From positions 74,276,001-74,340,000 of the forward strand of contig OZ024746.1 of assembly GCA_964016885.1 (NCBI GenBank): a stretch of DNA of 64,000 nucleotides, in the 5' to 3' direction. Source of the stretch: Eledone cirrhosa. Its lineage: Eukaryota. The position numbers and the translations under genes were made by a program. Below are positions 15,257 through 26,897 of the stretch, in pieces (position 1 is the stretch's first letter; every line of letters starts with the position of its first letter). Under the pieces are notes generated by a model, which ran no database searches, was not told the origin of the DNA, and was given only the letters and a program-made list of their open reading frames with translations.

Positions 15257-15298
15257 TATTATTACTTTTTTTTTTTTTTTTTTTTTTTATCCAATTCA

Positions 15299-18200
15299 AT
15301 GATGTTCCAGAACAATGTAAACGAGATAATTGCCAATTTGGGTTCTGGAACAAAAAAGATCATTGGCAATAAGGGCAGGGGCCCCAAGTTATCACAACCT
15401 GGGCCCGCCCGTCATCGTGCCATTGTAATAGAGCCAAACAGGGCATTTAGTCTTGGCTGCTGGAACGTACGGACGCTGCTTGACAGGGATTCTTTGGAGC
15501 GTCCTGAACGAAGGACCGCTCTTGTTGCAAAGGAGCTTCGACGTTACGATCTTGACATCGTGGCTTTGTCTGAGACGAGGTTAGCTGGGGATGGTCATCT
15601 TACGGAATTTTGTGGAGAATATACATTCTTCTGGAAAGGAAGAGATGAAGGAACCAGAAGAGAGGCTGGGGTAGGATTTGCTGTTAAGACTGTACTGGTG
15701 AATAAATTAGAAGAATTCCCAGTGGGGATTAGTGAGCGTCTTATGTCCATGAGAGTTCCGCTGGACAGGGGAAGATATGCTACCCTGGTGAGTGTGTATG
15801 CTCCAACTATGAATTCTGTCGATGAAGAAAAACTGTCCTTTTACCATGCCTTGAAAGGTGTTTTAAGAAATATCCCTCAGGCAGACAAAGTCATCGTGCT
15901 TGGTGACTTTAATGCTAGAGTGGGTAGGGATTTTAACACATGGAATGTAATCGGAAGGCATGGGGTGGGAAAGTGTAACAGCAATGGTATGCTCTTGCTG
16001 CAGATGTGTGAGGAGCTGGATCTGTGTGTTACCAACACCATGTTCCAACAAAAGAACAAATTCAAGACCACATGGATGCATCCTGCATCTAAGGAATGGC
16101 ATCTTTTGGACTACGTCCTAGTCAGGATGCGTGACAGACAGGATGTGCGGTGTGTTCGTGTTCTTCGTGGAGCTGAGTGCTGGACGGACCACCGCCTGGT
16201 ACGCGCAAAAGTGAATCTAATCACCAAACGTAAAATCCGGGCTCCTGGTGTTGCCCTGCCCAAAAGATTGAATGCTGCTCGTCTTAAGGATAAAAATGTG
16301 AAGAGGACATTGGAAGAAGAGATGCAGGCTGCAGATCTTGGTGAGGATTGGCCGACCCTTAAAAAGTCGGTTTATGATGTAGGCAGACGTGTTCTGGGAT
16401 TGGTGCAGAGAAAACATCAGGACTGGTTTAATGAGAAAGATGTGCATATAGATGACTTGTTGGCTAATAAGAGGCGCGCCCTGTCACGCTACTTGACGGC
16501 AAAACCACAGGAGAGGAATACGTTGCATGAGGAGCTCAGGGATGTAAAATCACGTGTTAGGCGGAGTCTTTCTCAGATGAAGGATCAGTGGTGGAGTGAG
16601 AAGGCTGGTGAGATACAAACTGCGTCTGATTGCAATAACACAAAGCTGTTGTACAGTCTCTTGCGTGAGGTTTATGGACCGTCTTCTTCTCTGGTGACAC
16701 CGATTCGCAGCAAGGATGGCAAAGAACTTATTCGTGACTCACAGGGAATTCTACGAAGGTGGCGAGAGCACTTTGATGATCTTTTGAATCAGCCGTCTGT
16801 CGTCAGTGAAGATTTCCTCAATCTCATTCCGGAAAGTCCTGTGAAAGTAGCTCTCGCAGAACCTCCGACACTTGTGGAGGTTGCAGTGGCTATTTCGAAG
16901 CTGAACAGTGGAAGATCTCCAGGTATGGATGGCATACATGCTGAGCTCCTACAATATGGTGGTGAGAGACTCCTGCAACATCTTCACTCTCTGTTTGGAA
17001 GGATATGGGCTAATGAATCCGTGCCTGAGGACTGGAGAGATGCAGTAATGGTGGTCTTGTACAAGGGAAAGGGTAACAGGAATGATTGTGGGAACTACAG
17101 AGGTATATCATTGCTTTCTGTCGTGGGGAAAGTTTTATGTAGGGTGCTTCTGGACCGTCTGCTGACACACATTGCAGATTGTGTCCTTCCTGAAAGTCAA
17201 TCTGGTTTTCGTGTTGGACGCGGCACTACTGATATGATCTTCTCAGCTAGACAGCTCCAGGAGAAGTGCATTGAACAGGGCTTGGATCTGTATCAGGTTT
17301 TTGTCGATCTGACAAAGGCTTTCGATACTGTCAACAGAGATGCATTATGGAAGGTTCTCCAGAAACTTGGTTGCCCTGATAAGTTCCTTGCTTTAGTTAG
17401 GTCTTTCCATGACGACATGAAGGCTTGGGTTAATGTCGGAGGTAACATGTCGGAGCCTATCTCAGTAAAAAATGGAGTGAAACAGGGGGATATTCCAGCA
17501 CCGACCCTGTTTGCCATATACTTTGCAATGGTTTTCTGTATTGCATTCAGGAATTGCGAGCATGGTGTTTACATCCGATATCGAACCTCAGGCAGCATAT
17601 TTAACATCAGGCGCTTTGCTGCGAAGACAAAAGTATTTACATCAGTCATAAGAGACCTCTTGTATGCAGATGATTGCGATCTTGTAGCGCACACAGAGAG
17701 TGATATGCAGCACATTTTGAATGTATTTTCTGACGCTTGCACTGCCCTGGGTTTGACTGTCAGTCTCAAGAAAACCGTCGTCATGTACCAACCTGCACCT
17801 GGTAGGCAGTACACTGAACCAAACATCTATGTGTATGGCAAACGACTTGGAGTGGTTGATCAGTTTGTCTACCTGGGAAGCACTGTCAATCGATACGGCA
17901 ACCTTGACAGTGAAATCTCACTTAGGATTAGGAAAGCAAGTGATGCTTTCGGAAAGCTAGAAAGGCGACTCTGGGGTCGGCGAGACATATGCAGGAGGAC
18001 AAAGGTAAAGGTGTACAGGGCATGTGTACTCTCTTGTCTTCTTTATGCCTGCGAGACCTGGGTCACATATCGACGCCACCTTAAGCAATTGGAGCGTTTC
18101 CATCAGATGTGTCTCAGACGGATACATGGCGTTCACTGGAGGGACCACATCAGTGATGTCGAGATTTTGGAAAGCTCTATGTGTGACAGTATAGAAGCTC

Positions 18201-18844
18201 TTGTGCTTAAGCAGCGACTCCGTTGGAGTGGTCACCTTGCCAGGATGAAGGATTCTAGAATACCAAAACAACTCTTCTATGGAGAGTTGGTTAAAGGAAA
18301 ACGACCGCCACATAAACCAAAAAAGAGGTATAAGGATTCCTTGAAAGCCTCTCTGAAAGACGCTAACATCTCTGCTGATACATGGGAAAATATTGCTGCT
18401 GATCGTAATAAATGGAGAAAGACTGTATATGAGGGAAAAGTTGCCTTTGAGGCATCTCGAATCGCACACGAGAAAGTAAAGCGGGACGTGAGGAAGGGTA
18501 TTGCTGTTGCACTTCCAGACGGCGAGGGTCCTCCTATGTTTCTGACATGCAGCGTCTGTGCGAGACTCTGCCTAAGCAAAGCTGGACTCGAAAGTCATCT
18601 TCGCAGTCATAAAGTAAGACCAGTGGTTGACTACCAGGCTGCTGTTGGAGATGCTACTCATCATGCTTGCCAAACATGTGGTAGAGAATGTAAATCAGCA
18701 GGAGGACTCAAGCGACATGCAAAAGTACACGAACTCCAACCACAGCCGACTATTCCCAGTAAATGTTTTGGTTGCCGACTCTGTGCAAGACATTTTAGAT
18801 CATTGGCTGGGCTAAAAAGCCACATTCGATCGCAGCACTGTTAG
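15299..18844 (+). CDS. Intact RTE-clade LINE ORF: APE endonuclease + reverse transcriptase + three C-terminal C2H2 zinc fingers (1181 aa)
   Basis: APE motifs GCWNVRTL, SETR, YAPT, GDFNARVG, LDYVLV, TDHRLV. RT motifs NYRGISLL, QSGFR, DLTKAFD, GVKQG, LLYADD, YLGS. C2H2 fingers CSVC..HLRSH, CQTC..HAKVH, CRLC..HIRSQH. No stops or frameshifts. Confidence 0.96.
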   Translation: MMFQNNVNEIIANLGSGTKKIIGNKGRGPKLSQPGPARHRAIVIEPNRAFSLGCWNVRTLLDRDSLERPERRTALVAKELRRYDLDIVALSETRLAGDGHLTEFCGEYTFFWKGRDEGTRREAGVGFAVKTVLVNKLEEFPVGISERLMSMRVPLDRGRYATLVSVYAPTMNSVDEEKLSFYHALKGVLRNIPQADKVIVLGDFNARVGRDFNTWNVIGRHGVGKCNSNGMLLLQMCEELDLCVTNTMFQQKNKFKTTWMHPASKEWHLLDYVLVRMRDRQDVRCVRVLRGAECWTDHRLVRAKVNLITKRKIRAPGVALPKRLNAARLKDKNVKRTLEEEMQAADLGEDWPTLKKSVYDVGRRVLGLVQRKHQDWFNEKDVHIDDLLANKRRALSRYLTAKPQERNTLHEELRDVKSRVRRSLSQMKDQWWSEKAGEIQTASDCNNTKLLYSLLREVYGPSSSLVTPIRSKDGKELIRDSQGILRRWREHFDDLLNQPSVVSEDFLNLIPESPVKVALAEPPTLVEVAVAISKLNSGRSPGMDGIHAELLQYGGERLLQHLHSLFGRIWANESVPEDWRDAVMVVLYKGKGNRNDCGNYRGISLLSVVGKVLCRVLLDRLLTHIADCVLPESQSGFRVGRGTTDMIFSARQLQEKCIEQGLDLYQVFVDLTKAFDTVNRDALWKVLQKLGCPDKFLALVRSFHDDMKAWVNVGGNMSEPISVKNGVKQGDIPAPTLFAIYFAMVFCIAFRNCEHGVYIRYRTSGSIFNIRRFAAKTKVFTSVIRDLLYADDCDLVAHTESDMQHILNVFSDACTALGLTVSLKKTVVMYQPAPGRQYTEPNIYVYGKRLGVVDQFVYLGSTVNRYGNLDSEISLRIRKASDAFGKLERRLWGRRDICRRTKVKVYRACVLSCLLYACETWVTYRRHLKQLERFHQMCLRRIHGVHWRDHISDVEILESSMCDSIEALVLKQRLRWSGHLARMKDSRIPKQLFYGELVKGKRPPHKPKKRYKDSLKASLKDANISADTWENIAADRNKWRKTVYEGKVAFEASRIAHEKVKRDVRKGIAVALPDGEGPPMFLTCSVCARLCLSKAGLESHLRSHKVRPVVDYQAAVGDATHHACQTCGRECKSAGGLKRHAKVHELQPQPTIPSKCFGCRLCARHFRSLAGLKSHIRSQHC

Positions 18845-18852
18845 TTGCTATC

Positions 18853-18890
<38 letters not shown>

Positions 18891-18969
18891 GCTTATGTGC
18901 GTGCGTGTGTGTGTATATATATATGAATATGTATATTATTATTGTTGTTGTCGTTATTATTATTATTGC

Positions 18970-19012
<43 letters not shown>

Positions 19013-19134
19013 GTTATTAATGTATGTGTGTATATATGTGTGAGTGTATGTGTATGTATGTGTGTGTGTATATATGTATGTATATGTATGTATGTGTGTG
19101 TGTATATATATGTGTATGTATATATATATGTATA

Positions 19135-19175
<41 letters not shown>

Positions 19176-19181
19176 TTTCCC

Positions 19182-19201
<20 letters not shown>

Positions 19202-19212
<11 letters not shown>

Positions 19213-21749
19213 ATTATTATTATTTGCATTTATCTTGCTTTATGTTTATACGAGTTATCACCAAGTCACAACCAGTGACCTCAAGAGACAACAAGGTCCG
19301 CCATGTTCAAGAAAGAACACACATATTCACACATGCATCCTTAGTGTTTAGACTTGTGATGTACTTATATTGACAGGATCTTCCTTAGTATATGGGCAGT
19401 TCCCATTAGTACTATCTTTTGTATTTCTCCTATACGCGGGTTTCCTGGGATTTGCGATAAGTAGTCGTTAGACCCCTTAGGTATCATTCCCAGAGCGCCT
19501 ACAACCACTGGTATTGTTTTAGTTCTCAATTTCCACATTTTTCCAATTTCTATCTCCAGGTCCTTATACTTGCTCAATTTTTCAAATGTTTTTATAGATA
19601 CATTCTTGTCTATTGGAACAGACATATCAATTAGCAGGCATACCCTCCTTTGAAAGTCCTTCAATATTATATCAGGTCTATTTGCATCTATTTTTCGGTC
19701 TGTTTGGATGCTAAAGTTCCACAAGATTGAGATGTGATCTTTTTCAAGTATGGGAGGTGGTTGATGCTCCCACCAATTCTTTTGATGGGGCAGGTCAAAA
19801 TGCTTGCACATTATCCAATGTATGTATTGTGCAGCTCTGTCATGCCTGTTTAGGTATTCGGTTGGAGCTATAGGACTGCACATTGAAATTATATGGTCAA
19901 TGGTCTCTGGTTGTTTTTTGCATACACGGCATAATGGGCTGCACCCATTTTTTATTATGTTGGCTTGGTAATTTTTTGTTGGCAGACACTGATCTTGTGC
20001 GGATATAATCAGTCCTTCAGTCTCCGATTTCAGTCCAGAGGATGCCAACCACTGATGGGTTAAAGTTTTGTCAACATCAGGATTGTTAGCTCGCTCTGGG
20101 TATTTTCCATACAGAGGCTTTTCTTGCCATTTCTTAGCCAGTTTCTGTAGCAGTTCTTTCTTTGCAGTTACTTTTACCTGCTTTGCTTTTTCTGTGTTTT
20201 CCATTTCAGCAGTAAATGGGACTTCTGAAATTTGTAGTCCATTACTGTATCTTTGTGCATCTTTTGTAATGGAATATGATCTTTTGGTGCTTTCGTGTTT
20301 CAAAACGAGTTTGATCATCCAATCATGTGACTCCCTTAGATATGTGGATAATCCAATTGTTGCAGTTTTCAACGCAATGTCTAACTGGATTAACCCACGT
20401 CCTCCTTCTTTCCTAGGGAGATATATTCTATCTATGTCTGCCTTAGGGTGATGCATTCTGTGCATGGTTAAGAATTTTCGGATTTTTGTATCGAGCCTAC
20501 GGATCTCTGTGCTTGACCAGTTGATGACATTGTAACTGTAGGTTACTACTGGTATGGCAAGCGTGTTTATGGCATCGATCCTATTCCTTGCATTCAATTC
20601 CGTTCTTAAGATTGCTCTGACTCTGCGGTAACATTCCTTCCTTATCCTTTCCCTCATTGTCGAGTGCTTGATTCCGTCTCCTTCACAAACACCTAGATAT
20701 TTGTAAGTTTGTTCTTGATCAAGCTCTCTTATCACGTTCCCCCGATCAAGATTAATGTCTGAACTCTTCAGCAGCTTTCCTCTGGTGAACGTTGCTTTGG
20801 CGCATTTATCCAGTCCAAACTCCATTTTAATGTCATCACTGAACTGCTCCACAGTGGATAATAGCCCTTGCAATTGTTCATCATTTTTTGCAAATAGTTT
20901 CAGGTCATCCATGTAGAACAGGTGATTAATGGTTTTGTCATAGACTCTATATCCATGTTTTGTTTCATTGAGCATTTTACTTAATGGTATAAGTGCGATG
21001 CAGAATAAAAGCGGTGATAAAGAGTCACCCTGAAAAATTCCACAATTAATGTTAACTTCTCCAGCTTCCAGTGATTTTGTTTCACTATTCAAAAGGAGTG
21101 TCGTTCTCCATGTCCTCATACTGAATGACAAAAACCTCCTGATAACGGGGGATATTTTGAAAATCTCTAAACATTTTTCAATCCAACTGTGTGGCAAACT
21201 ATCAAATGCTTTTTTATAATCTATCCAAGCAATCGATAGATTTTTGTGTCTATTATGACAATCTTCCAGTATCATTTTGTTAACCAGAAGCTGATCCTTA
21301 CAGCCATATGAGCCTCGTTTACACCCTTTCTGCTCAATGGGAAATAGGTCATTTGTTATCAGGTGGTCATATGTGTATTCAGTTAGGACTGATGTTAAAA
21401 TTTTATACATTGTGGTCAAGCAGGTTATCGGTCTGTAATTTTTGGGATTGTTTGTCTCATCATTCTTCGGTAGCAGGAATGTAATGCCGTTAACTAGCCA
21501 TGATGGTATCTTTTCTGGCTCCTTAACTATTTCATTGTAAAGTTGGGCTAACAGCTCATGAGACTCTGTGAAGGCATTTATCCAAAAGTTTTGTATTTTG
21601 TCTTTTCCTGGGGATTTCCATTTGCTGGTTTTTCTTAGAGCCAAGCGCAGCTGTTCAACTGTTATATTTTCCCATGTTTGTTCTTCAAGGTGAGCTGTTT
21701 CTTTCATTTGTCTGTCTATCCATGGGGCATGTATGTTATGAACTTTTTC

Positions 21750-21787
<38 letters not shown>
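19202..21787 (-). mobile_element. Dong-like LINE inserted in a (TAA)n microsatellite
   Basis: A ~140 nt 3' UTR ends in (TAA)n at 19202-19222, and the 5' truncation abuts (TAA)n at 21749-21787. TAA targeting is known for Dong (R4 clade). Confidence 0.8.
19365..21749 (-). CDS. 5'-truncated R4/Dong-like non-LTR retrotransposon ORF: RT + CCHC knuckle + restriction-like endonuclease
   Basis: [69 protein letters not shown]. The frame is open upstream of the first Met ([14 protein letters not shown]) to the (TTA)n junction at ~21749. Confidence 0.92.
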   Translation of the reverse strand, partial: EKVHNIHAPWIDRQMKETAHLEEQTWENITVEQLRLALRKTSKWKSPGKDKIQNFWINAFTESHELLAQLYNEIVKEPEKIPSWLVNGITFLLPKNDETNNPKNYRPITCLTTMYKILTSVLTEYTYDHLITNDLFPIEQKGCKRGSYGCKDQLLVNKMILEDCHNRHKNLSIAWIDYKKAFDSLPHSWIEKCLEIFKISPVIRRFLSFSMRTWRTTLLLNSETKSLEAGEVNINCGIFQGDSLSPLLFCIALIPLSKMLNETKHGYRVYDKTINHLFYMDDLKLFAKNDEQLQGLLSTVEQFSDDIKMEFGLDKCAKATFTRGKLLKSSDINLDRGNVIRELDQEQTYKYLGVCEGDGIKHSTMRERIRKECYRRVRAILRTELNARNRIDAINTLAIPVVTYSYNVINWSSTEIRRLDTKIRKFLTMHRMHHPKADIDRIYLPRKEGGRGLIQLDIALKTATIGLSTYLRESHDWMIKLVLKHESTKRSYSITKDAQRYSNGLQISEVPFTAEMENTEKAKQVKVTAKKELLQKLAKKWQEKPLYGKYPERANNPDVDKTLTHQWLASSGLKSETEGLIISAQDQCLPTKNYQANIIKNGCSPLCRVCKKQPETIDHIISMCSPIAPTEYLNRHDRAAQYIHWIMCKHFDLPHQKNWWEHQPPPILEKDHISILWNFSIQTDRKIDANRPDIILKDFQRRVCLLIDMSVPIDKNVSIKTFEKLSKYKDLEIEIGKMWKLRTKTIPVVVGALGMIPKGSNDYLSQIPGNPRIGEIQKIVLMGTAHILRKILSI

Positions 21788-21816
<29 letters not shown>

Positions 21817-21873
21817 GTGCAATGGCCATACTCGATAACGAGGGGGCAGCCATCATGTATATATATATGTATG

Positions 21874-22029
<156 letters not shown>

Positions 22030-22075
22030 AGTATATGTTATTTATGTGTTGTGTATGTTTGCACATATACATTCG

Positions 22076-22162
22076 CATACCAGATGAGATATCGAATAAG
22101 TGTCCAGCCCTGTCACCTTGATTGTACCCTGAGCTGATCGATATCGAAACAATTGTAATATA
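22076..22162 (+). ncRNA. Decayed type I hammerhead-like motif (core CAGATGA)
   Basis: CAGATGA-GATATCGA..TCGATATC-GAA-ACAATTGT-A; stem I is eroded; ATTAAA follows. Confidence 0.55.
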
Positions 22163-22284
22163 CCATTAAAGTTCGTACATATGTTGCAACATTGTTTTCG
22201 ATTTTACTTACTCCCCCTTCTCTCTTTCTCTCCTTTTCTCATTGTATCTCTCACATATATATATATATATTTATATATGTTTAT

Positions 22285-22780
22285 CCCGGGTTCAATCGGA
22301 GATAGCCACAGTATGTAAGTGTAGTGTTTTGGAACAGTTTAAAATCCACTCAGCGAGACAACAACGGTTTAGCAACTTCACAAGGAAAAATACCTTTATT
22401 ACAACAAAACACACCAATTTATACAGGTGTTAAAATGGGTATTACTCATGCACGTGATGTTGGTTGAGTACAAAAAGAGACAAAAGGGGAGTCAGGTAAT
22501 GCTTAACGTTAAGACAAGGGAATGTATGAAAAATGATTAGTCATGTACACGTGATACAAACAGGTGTAGAGGGAGTGTAGAATAATGTATAAAATGTTGA
22601 ATCAGAACGAAGAACAGTCACCACAGTAAGGTACTCAATACATAGCAGAGTATAAATACTGAATATAGAGATGGATTCTACAGGACTAGAACCGTTTCAG
22701 TCGTGAGAAATCATCAATGCTTCCTGATGATTTCTCCCGAATGAAACAGTTCTAGTATTGTAGAAGCCATTTCTATATTT
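22285..22780. repeat. Palindromic dispersed repeat, family B (relative at 48675-48850)
   Basis: TTCTACAGGACTAGAAC.GTTTCA fold-back in both copies; CTGATGA..GAAAC near the apex at 22724-22748. Confidence 0.8.
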
Positions 22781-22858
22781 AAAAAAAAATATATATATAT
22801 ATAACGGCGATGAATTAGTTTTGCGAGGTTTTTGATATGAAATCGTGTGTCGAAACAA

Positions 22859-23104
22859 ATATTGTTATACTTGGGGAGGGTCATATTTGTGTAATATTGC
22901 CAGAATTAATAACAGATCACACTCACTGTTTGGTTGGTTTTCGCTTCTGTGTCTTTTATATCGGTTAATTTAATTTATTCGGTCCTCAATGTTGCCATTG
23001 ACTGACCAACGGTCAAAAATACAGATACAGTATAGACACAAACAGTGAGTGTGTTCTGTTATTAATTCTGGCAATATTACACAAATATGACCCTCCCCAA
23101 GTAT

Positions 23105-23111
<7 letters not shown>
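22859..23111. repeat. Inverted repeat with ~72-bp arms
   Basis: 22859-22931 is the reverse complement of 23039-23111. Confidence 0.9.
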
Positions 23112-23155
<44 letters not shown>

Positions 23156-24109
23156 AGACATACAAAGTATGTGGAGGTGTTTACTTTTACTGAACACAAT
23201 AAAAGAACGAACTATTTAATAACGAAGATAATGCCAGTATTATTGTGTGTAAGTATGGAGACATACTGTATCAGTGAGTGATAGTGTGGGCGTATGAGAA
23301 AGTATTATTTGACCCGAAAAAATGAGTGTATGTGTAGGATTGTGTGGATTTTGAGGTAGCAAATAAACAGTGTGTGTGTGAGAGAATGAAAGAAAGTGAA
23401 CTTATGTGTAAGTCTGTGCCCGTGTATGTTTGTGTGTGCGTTTGCGTATACGTTTGCTTGTGTGTGTTAGTGTATGTTTCTGGTTTGTGTGTGTTTATGT
23501 GTGTGTATGGGAGAGATCTTGAGAGTAGAATGTATTCGATTTCATGGATATGTAACATTGTGTGCAAGTGTTACCGATGGTGTTTGTAACATACTATTTA
23601 TGTTTGTTTTTCACTCTAATTTGTGTGTGTGTGTAAGTATGTATGCATGTAAGTATCTATACATGTATGTATGTATGTATGTATGTATGTATGCATGTAT
23701 GTATGTATGTATGTATGTATGTATGTATGTATGTATGTATGTATGTATGTATATGTGCGTGTATATATACATGCGTGTGTATATGTATGTAAGTATGTAT
23801 TATTTCCTTCTTTCTCTGGATGTGCAGCTTCCCCATCAATGGTCTGTAGATATCCTTCTCTTGCATATGCCTTGCCTCACTGGCATCAAGTGGGTAGATG
23901 AATTCTAGAACCGATCATGTTTTTAATGTGTGGTTTTACACAACGATATCAGGCCGTTTGTACTTTAATTTAGTGGCATTTCTTTTATTTTTAGGTTCCA
24001 CCAGTATTCCTTTGAGGCATCAGTCTCAGCATATTCCTCCCTATTTGATTTGATGTTCGTCTTCCCTAAATCATTCCAGCTATCACAGCATACCTCAAGT
24101 GGAAGTAGT

Positions 24110-24663
24110 AACGTGAACACATCCTTTCACATGTTATGGCTAACAAGGTGAACACATCCTTTCACATGTTATGGCTAACAACGTGAACACATCCTTTCAC
24201 AGTTATGGCTAACAACGTGAACACATACTTTCACATGTTATGGCTAACAACGTGAACACATCCTTTCACAGTTATGGCTAACAACGTGAACACATCCTTT
24301 CACATGTTATGGCTAACAACGTGAACACATCCTTTCACAGTTATGGCTAACAACGTGAACACATCCTTTCACATGTTATGGCTAACAACGTGAACACATC
24401 CTTTCACATGTTATGGCTAACAACGTGAACACATCCTTTCACATGTTATGGCTAACAACGTGAACACATCCTTTCACGTGTTATGGCTAAAAACCTGAAC
24501 ACATCCTTTCACAGTTATGGCTAACAACGTGAACACATCCTTTCACAGTTATGGCTAACAACGTGAACACATCCTTTCACAGTTATGGCTAACAACGTGA
24601 ACACATCCTTTCACATGTTATGGCTAACAACGTGAACACATCCTTTCACATGTTATGGCTAAC
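24110..24663 (+). repeat. Minisatellite, 16 x 34/35 bp
   Basis: Unit AACGTGAACACATCCTTTCACA(T)GTTATGGCTAAC, nearly identical copies, no spacers. Confidence 0.97.
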
Positions 24664-24719
24664 ATCTTCAATATTTGTTTTGCACAGCCTACATTTATTG
24701 TCAAGTAATGACCTTCCTC

Positions 24720-24965
24720 TTTTGTACAATTCTTTGTTAAAAACCACATTTCAAGGCACAGTCGAGGGGGAGGGGGGGGGGGAGCAAAGAAGAGGCAGAA
24801 AAAGAAAATCTTGCTCTGTCAACATCAATGACTGAGTTGGTAACAACACCGAGACCATTAAATGTATAACAGAGAAGAGAGATTAATGGTTTCAACTGAG
24901 TTCAAAAGTATCTAGAGTGACACCCCAACGACTGCCTGCACCAGTTACGGGAACATGATGATGAT
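24720..24965 (+). pseudogene. RTE LINE 3' end fragment
   Basis: KTTFQGTVEG..RRGRKRK followed by a (GAT)n tail. Confidence 0.6.
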
Positions 24966-24979
24966 ACATACATGCGTAA

Positions 24980-25069
<90 letters not shown>

Positions 25070-26029
25070 GTATATATATTTATATAATTTAGATTCTTGA
25101 CTAATTTTGTTGAATACTGGATCTAGTACCAATATGAGCACTATCTGCTATAGCTGAGTATATACTTAGTTTGATACGATGAAGTTTAACTTTTTAATAC
25201 TTTCCTTAAATATAGGCCTTTATGATTGGTTCCATGTGTGCATCATTGTGATTACCTTGATTTAAGCATCGATCTGACCACCAGGCACGTGGATTTGGCA
25301 AAAAAAATAATGGAATAATCAAGATAAATTAAATATGCCGAGGTACAAGTAATGCCTATGACTGATACACCACTATAAAATTATTACATATTGATTCTAT
25401 TTCTGTTAGAGACCCTGACACACCAATGTTTCTCATCAGAGATGGATCTGATGAGGTACTGTGAATGATTACACCTATAATTCACTTGATATAAATGCAC
25501 ACTGTTTATGTAGTGAGCTCCTTTTATTAGAAACGTAGCCGGACTGTGTGCATTGTGGTATTCGTTCTGGTGTGTTCAAATTCTGCGCAGGTTAATTTTA
25601 CCGTTCATTCCTTCGAGCTTAAAAACTTGAATACAACTATTATGCGACCTACATTTTGTTATATTTATATATGTATATGTGTGTGTGTGTGTGTGGGGGG
25701 GGGGTATATGTGTATGTGTGTGTATGTATATGTGTGTGTGCGTGTGTGTGTGTGTGTGCATGTGCGTGTGTATGCATTTATATATGTATATATATATATA
25801 TGCATGCATAGACGCATACCTACCTACATAAACATTTATATTTGAAAAGGCCTGATAAGGCGCAGAGAAAATGATAGCTTCTTTTAAGCCACAGTTAATT
25901 CTATTTATTCTAAATTGCGCGAATCTTCAACGATCTATATTGCACCCATTGACATCGGCATATTTCACAGTTGATATAAACATTTTTTGTTTTATCATTA
26001 AGACAACAACAGCAATTTGAGATATTATA

Positions 26030-26330
26030 TCGACCTCACTACTTATCTGGTACATTTTATTTTATCGACCACGGAAGAATGAAAAGCAAATTTGACCTCG
26101 GTGGGATTTGAACTCTGAATGTAAAAAACCAGAACTGATAGGGTGGTGGATTGGCAGTATCGGTAGAGGGTCGGACGTCATGCTTTCCAGCATAGTTACG
26201 TCCCTTTACGATCTGAGTTCAAATCCCGCCGAGGTTGACTTTGCCTTTCATCCTTACGGGGTCGATAAAATAAAGTACCAGTAATGCACTGGGTTATTTC
26301 TGGCCTTGTTCCTAAAGTAGAAACAATTAT
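26030..26330. mobile_element. Two head-to-head SINE copies (minus 26030-26120, plus 26141-26330)
   Basis: Same SINE body. Confidence 0.85.
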
Positions 26331-26849
26331 CTATCCAACGCTCTACAAATTCACGCAGTCTAGCTGGCTACGGTTTTGATATAATAATTACACATTTTTA
26401 ATGCATTTGTCCGACAGGAGTCTCCTATACCTAGGAGACTGATGTGAGGGGGCGATGAGGTTTTTCTGAATATCGGCGAGCTGGAACAAAAGCTTGCCAC
26501 AGAATGTTGACTCAACCAAAAAGACCCTAAAAACAGGTATGGTTGTTAAAACAATATGACAGATGATGTTTACCCCGTAAAAAAATAGGATCAGCGTACG
26601 CCTCTCTTCAGAGTATAGCTTCCACAGTTTCCATCTAAATTTCATCGAGGAGGGAAGAAACTTTGTTATGGTTCTGCGGTGAGGTGTTGAACTACAAATC
26701 ATAAAGTGCCGAGAAGGAACACCATAACTACGTGTTTGCACATACATGATCTTACACACAGACATTCATATAATACATACATGTAAAAGAACATAGACAC
26801 AGACACATATACATATCTGTCTCTTTCTCTCTGTATACAGAATCAAACT

Positions 26850-26897
<48 letters not shown>

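Larger units (their letters stand above)
14913..21855 (+). mobile_element. Full-length RTE LINE (structured 5' UTR from ~14913; probable 3' terminus 21817-21855) interrupted by a nested R4/Dong-like LINE
   Basis: A GC-rich structured leader starts right after a (TA/TATG)n tract. A short hairpin-bearing tail TGGCCATACTCGATAACGAGGGGGCAGCCATC at ~21822-21852 precedes a similar tract. Linking that tail to this element is inference. Confidence 0.6.

Noticed and set aside
24110-24663. CRISPR-like periodicity
   Set aside because: The units abut directly with no unique spacers, the context is eukaryotic and there are no cas genes.
25428-25454. CTCATCAGA..TCTGATGAG hairpin containing CTGATGA on both strands
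   Set aside because: No stem II or stem I partners; could be chance.
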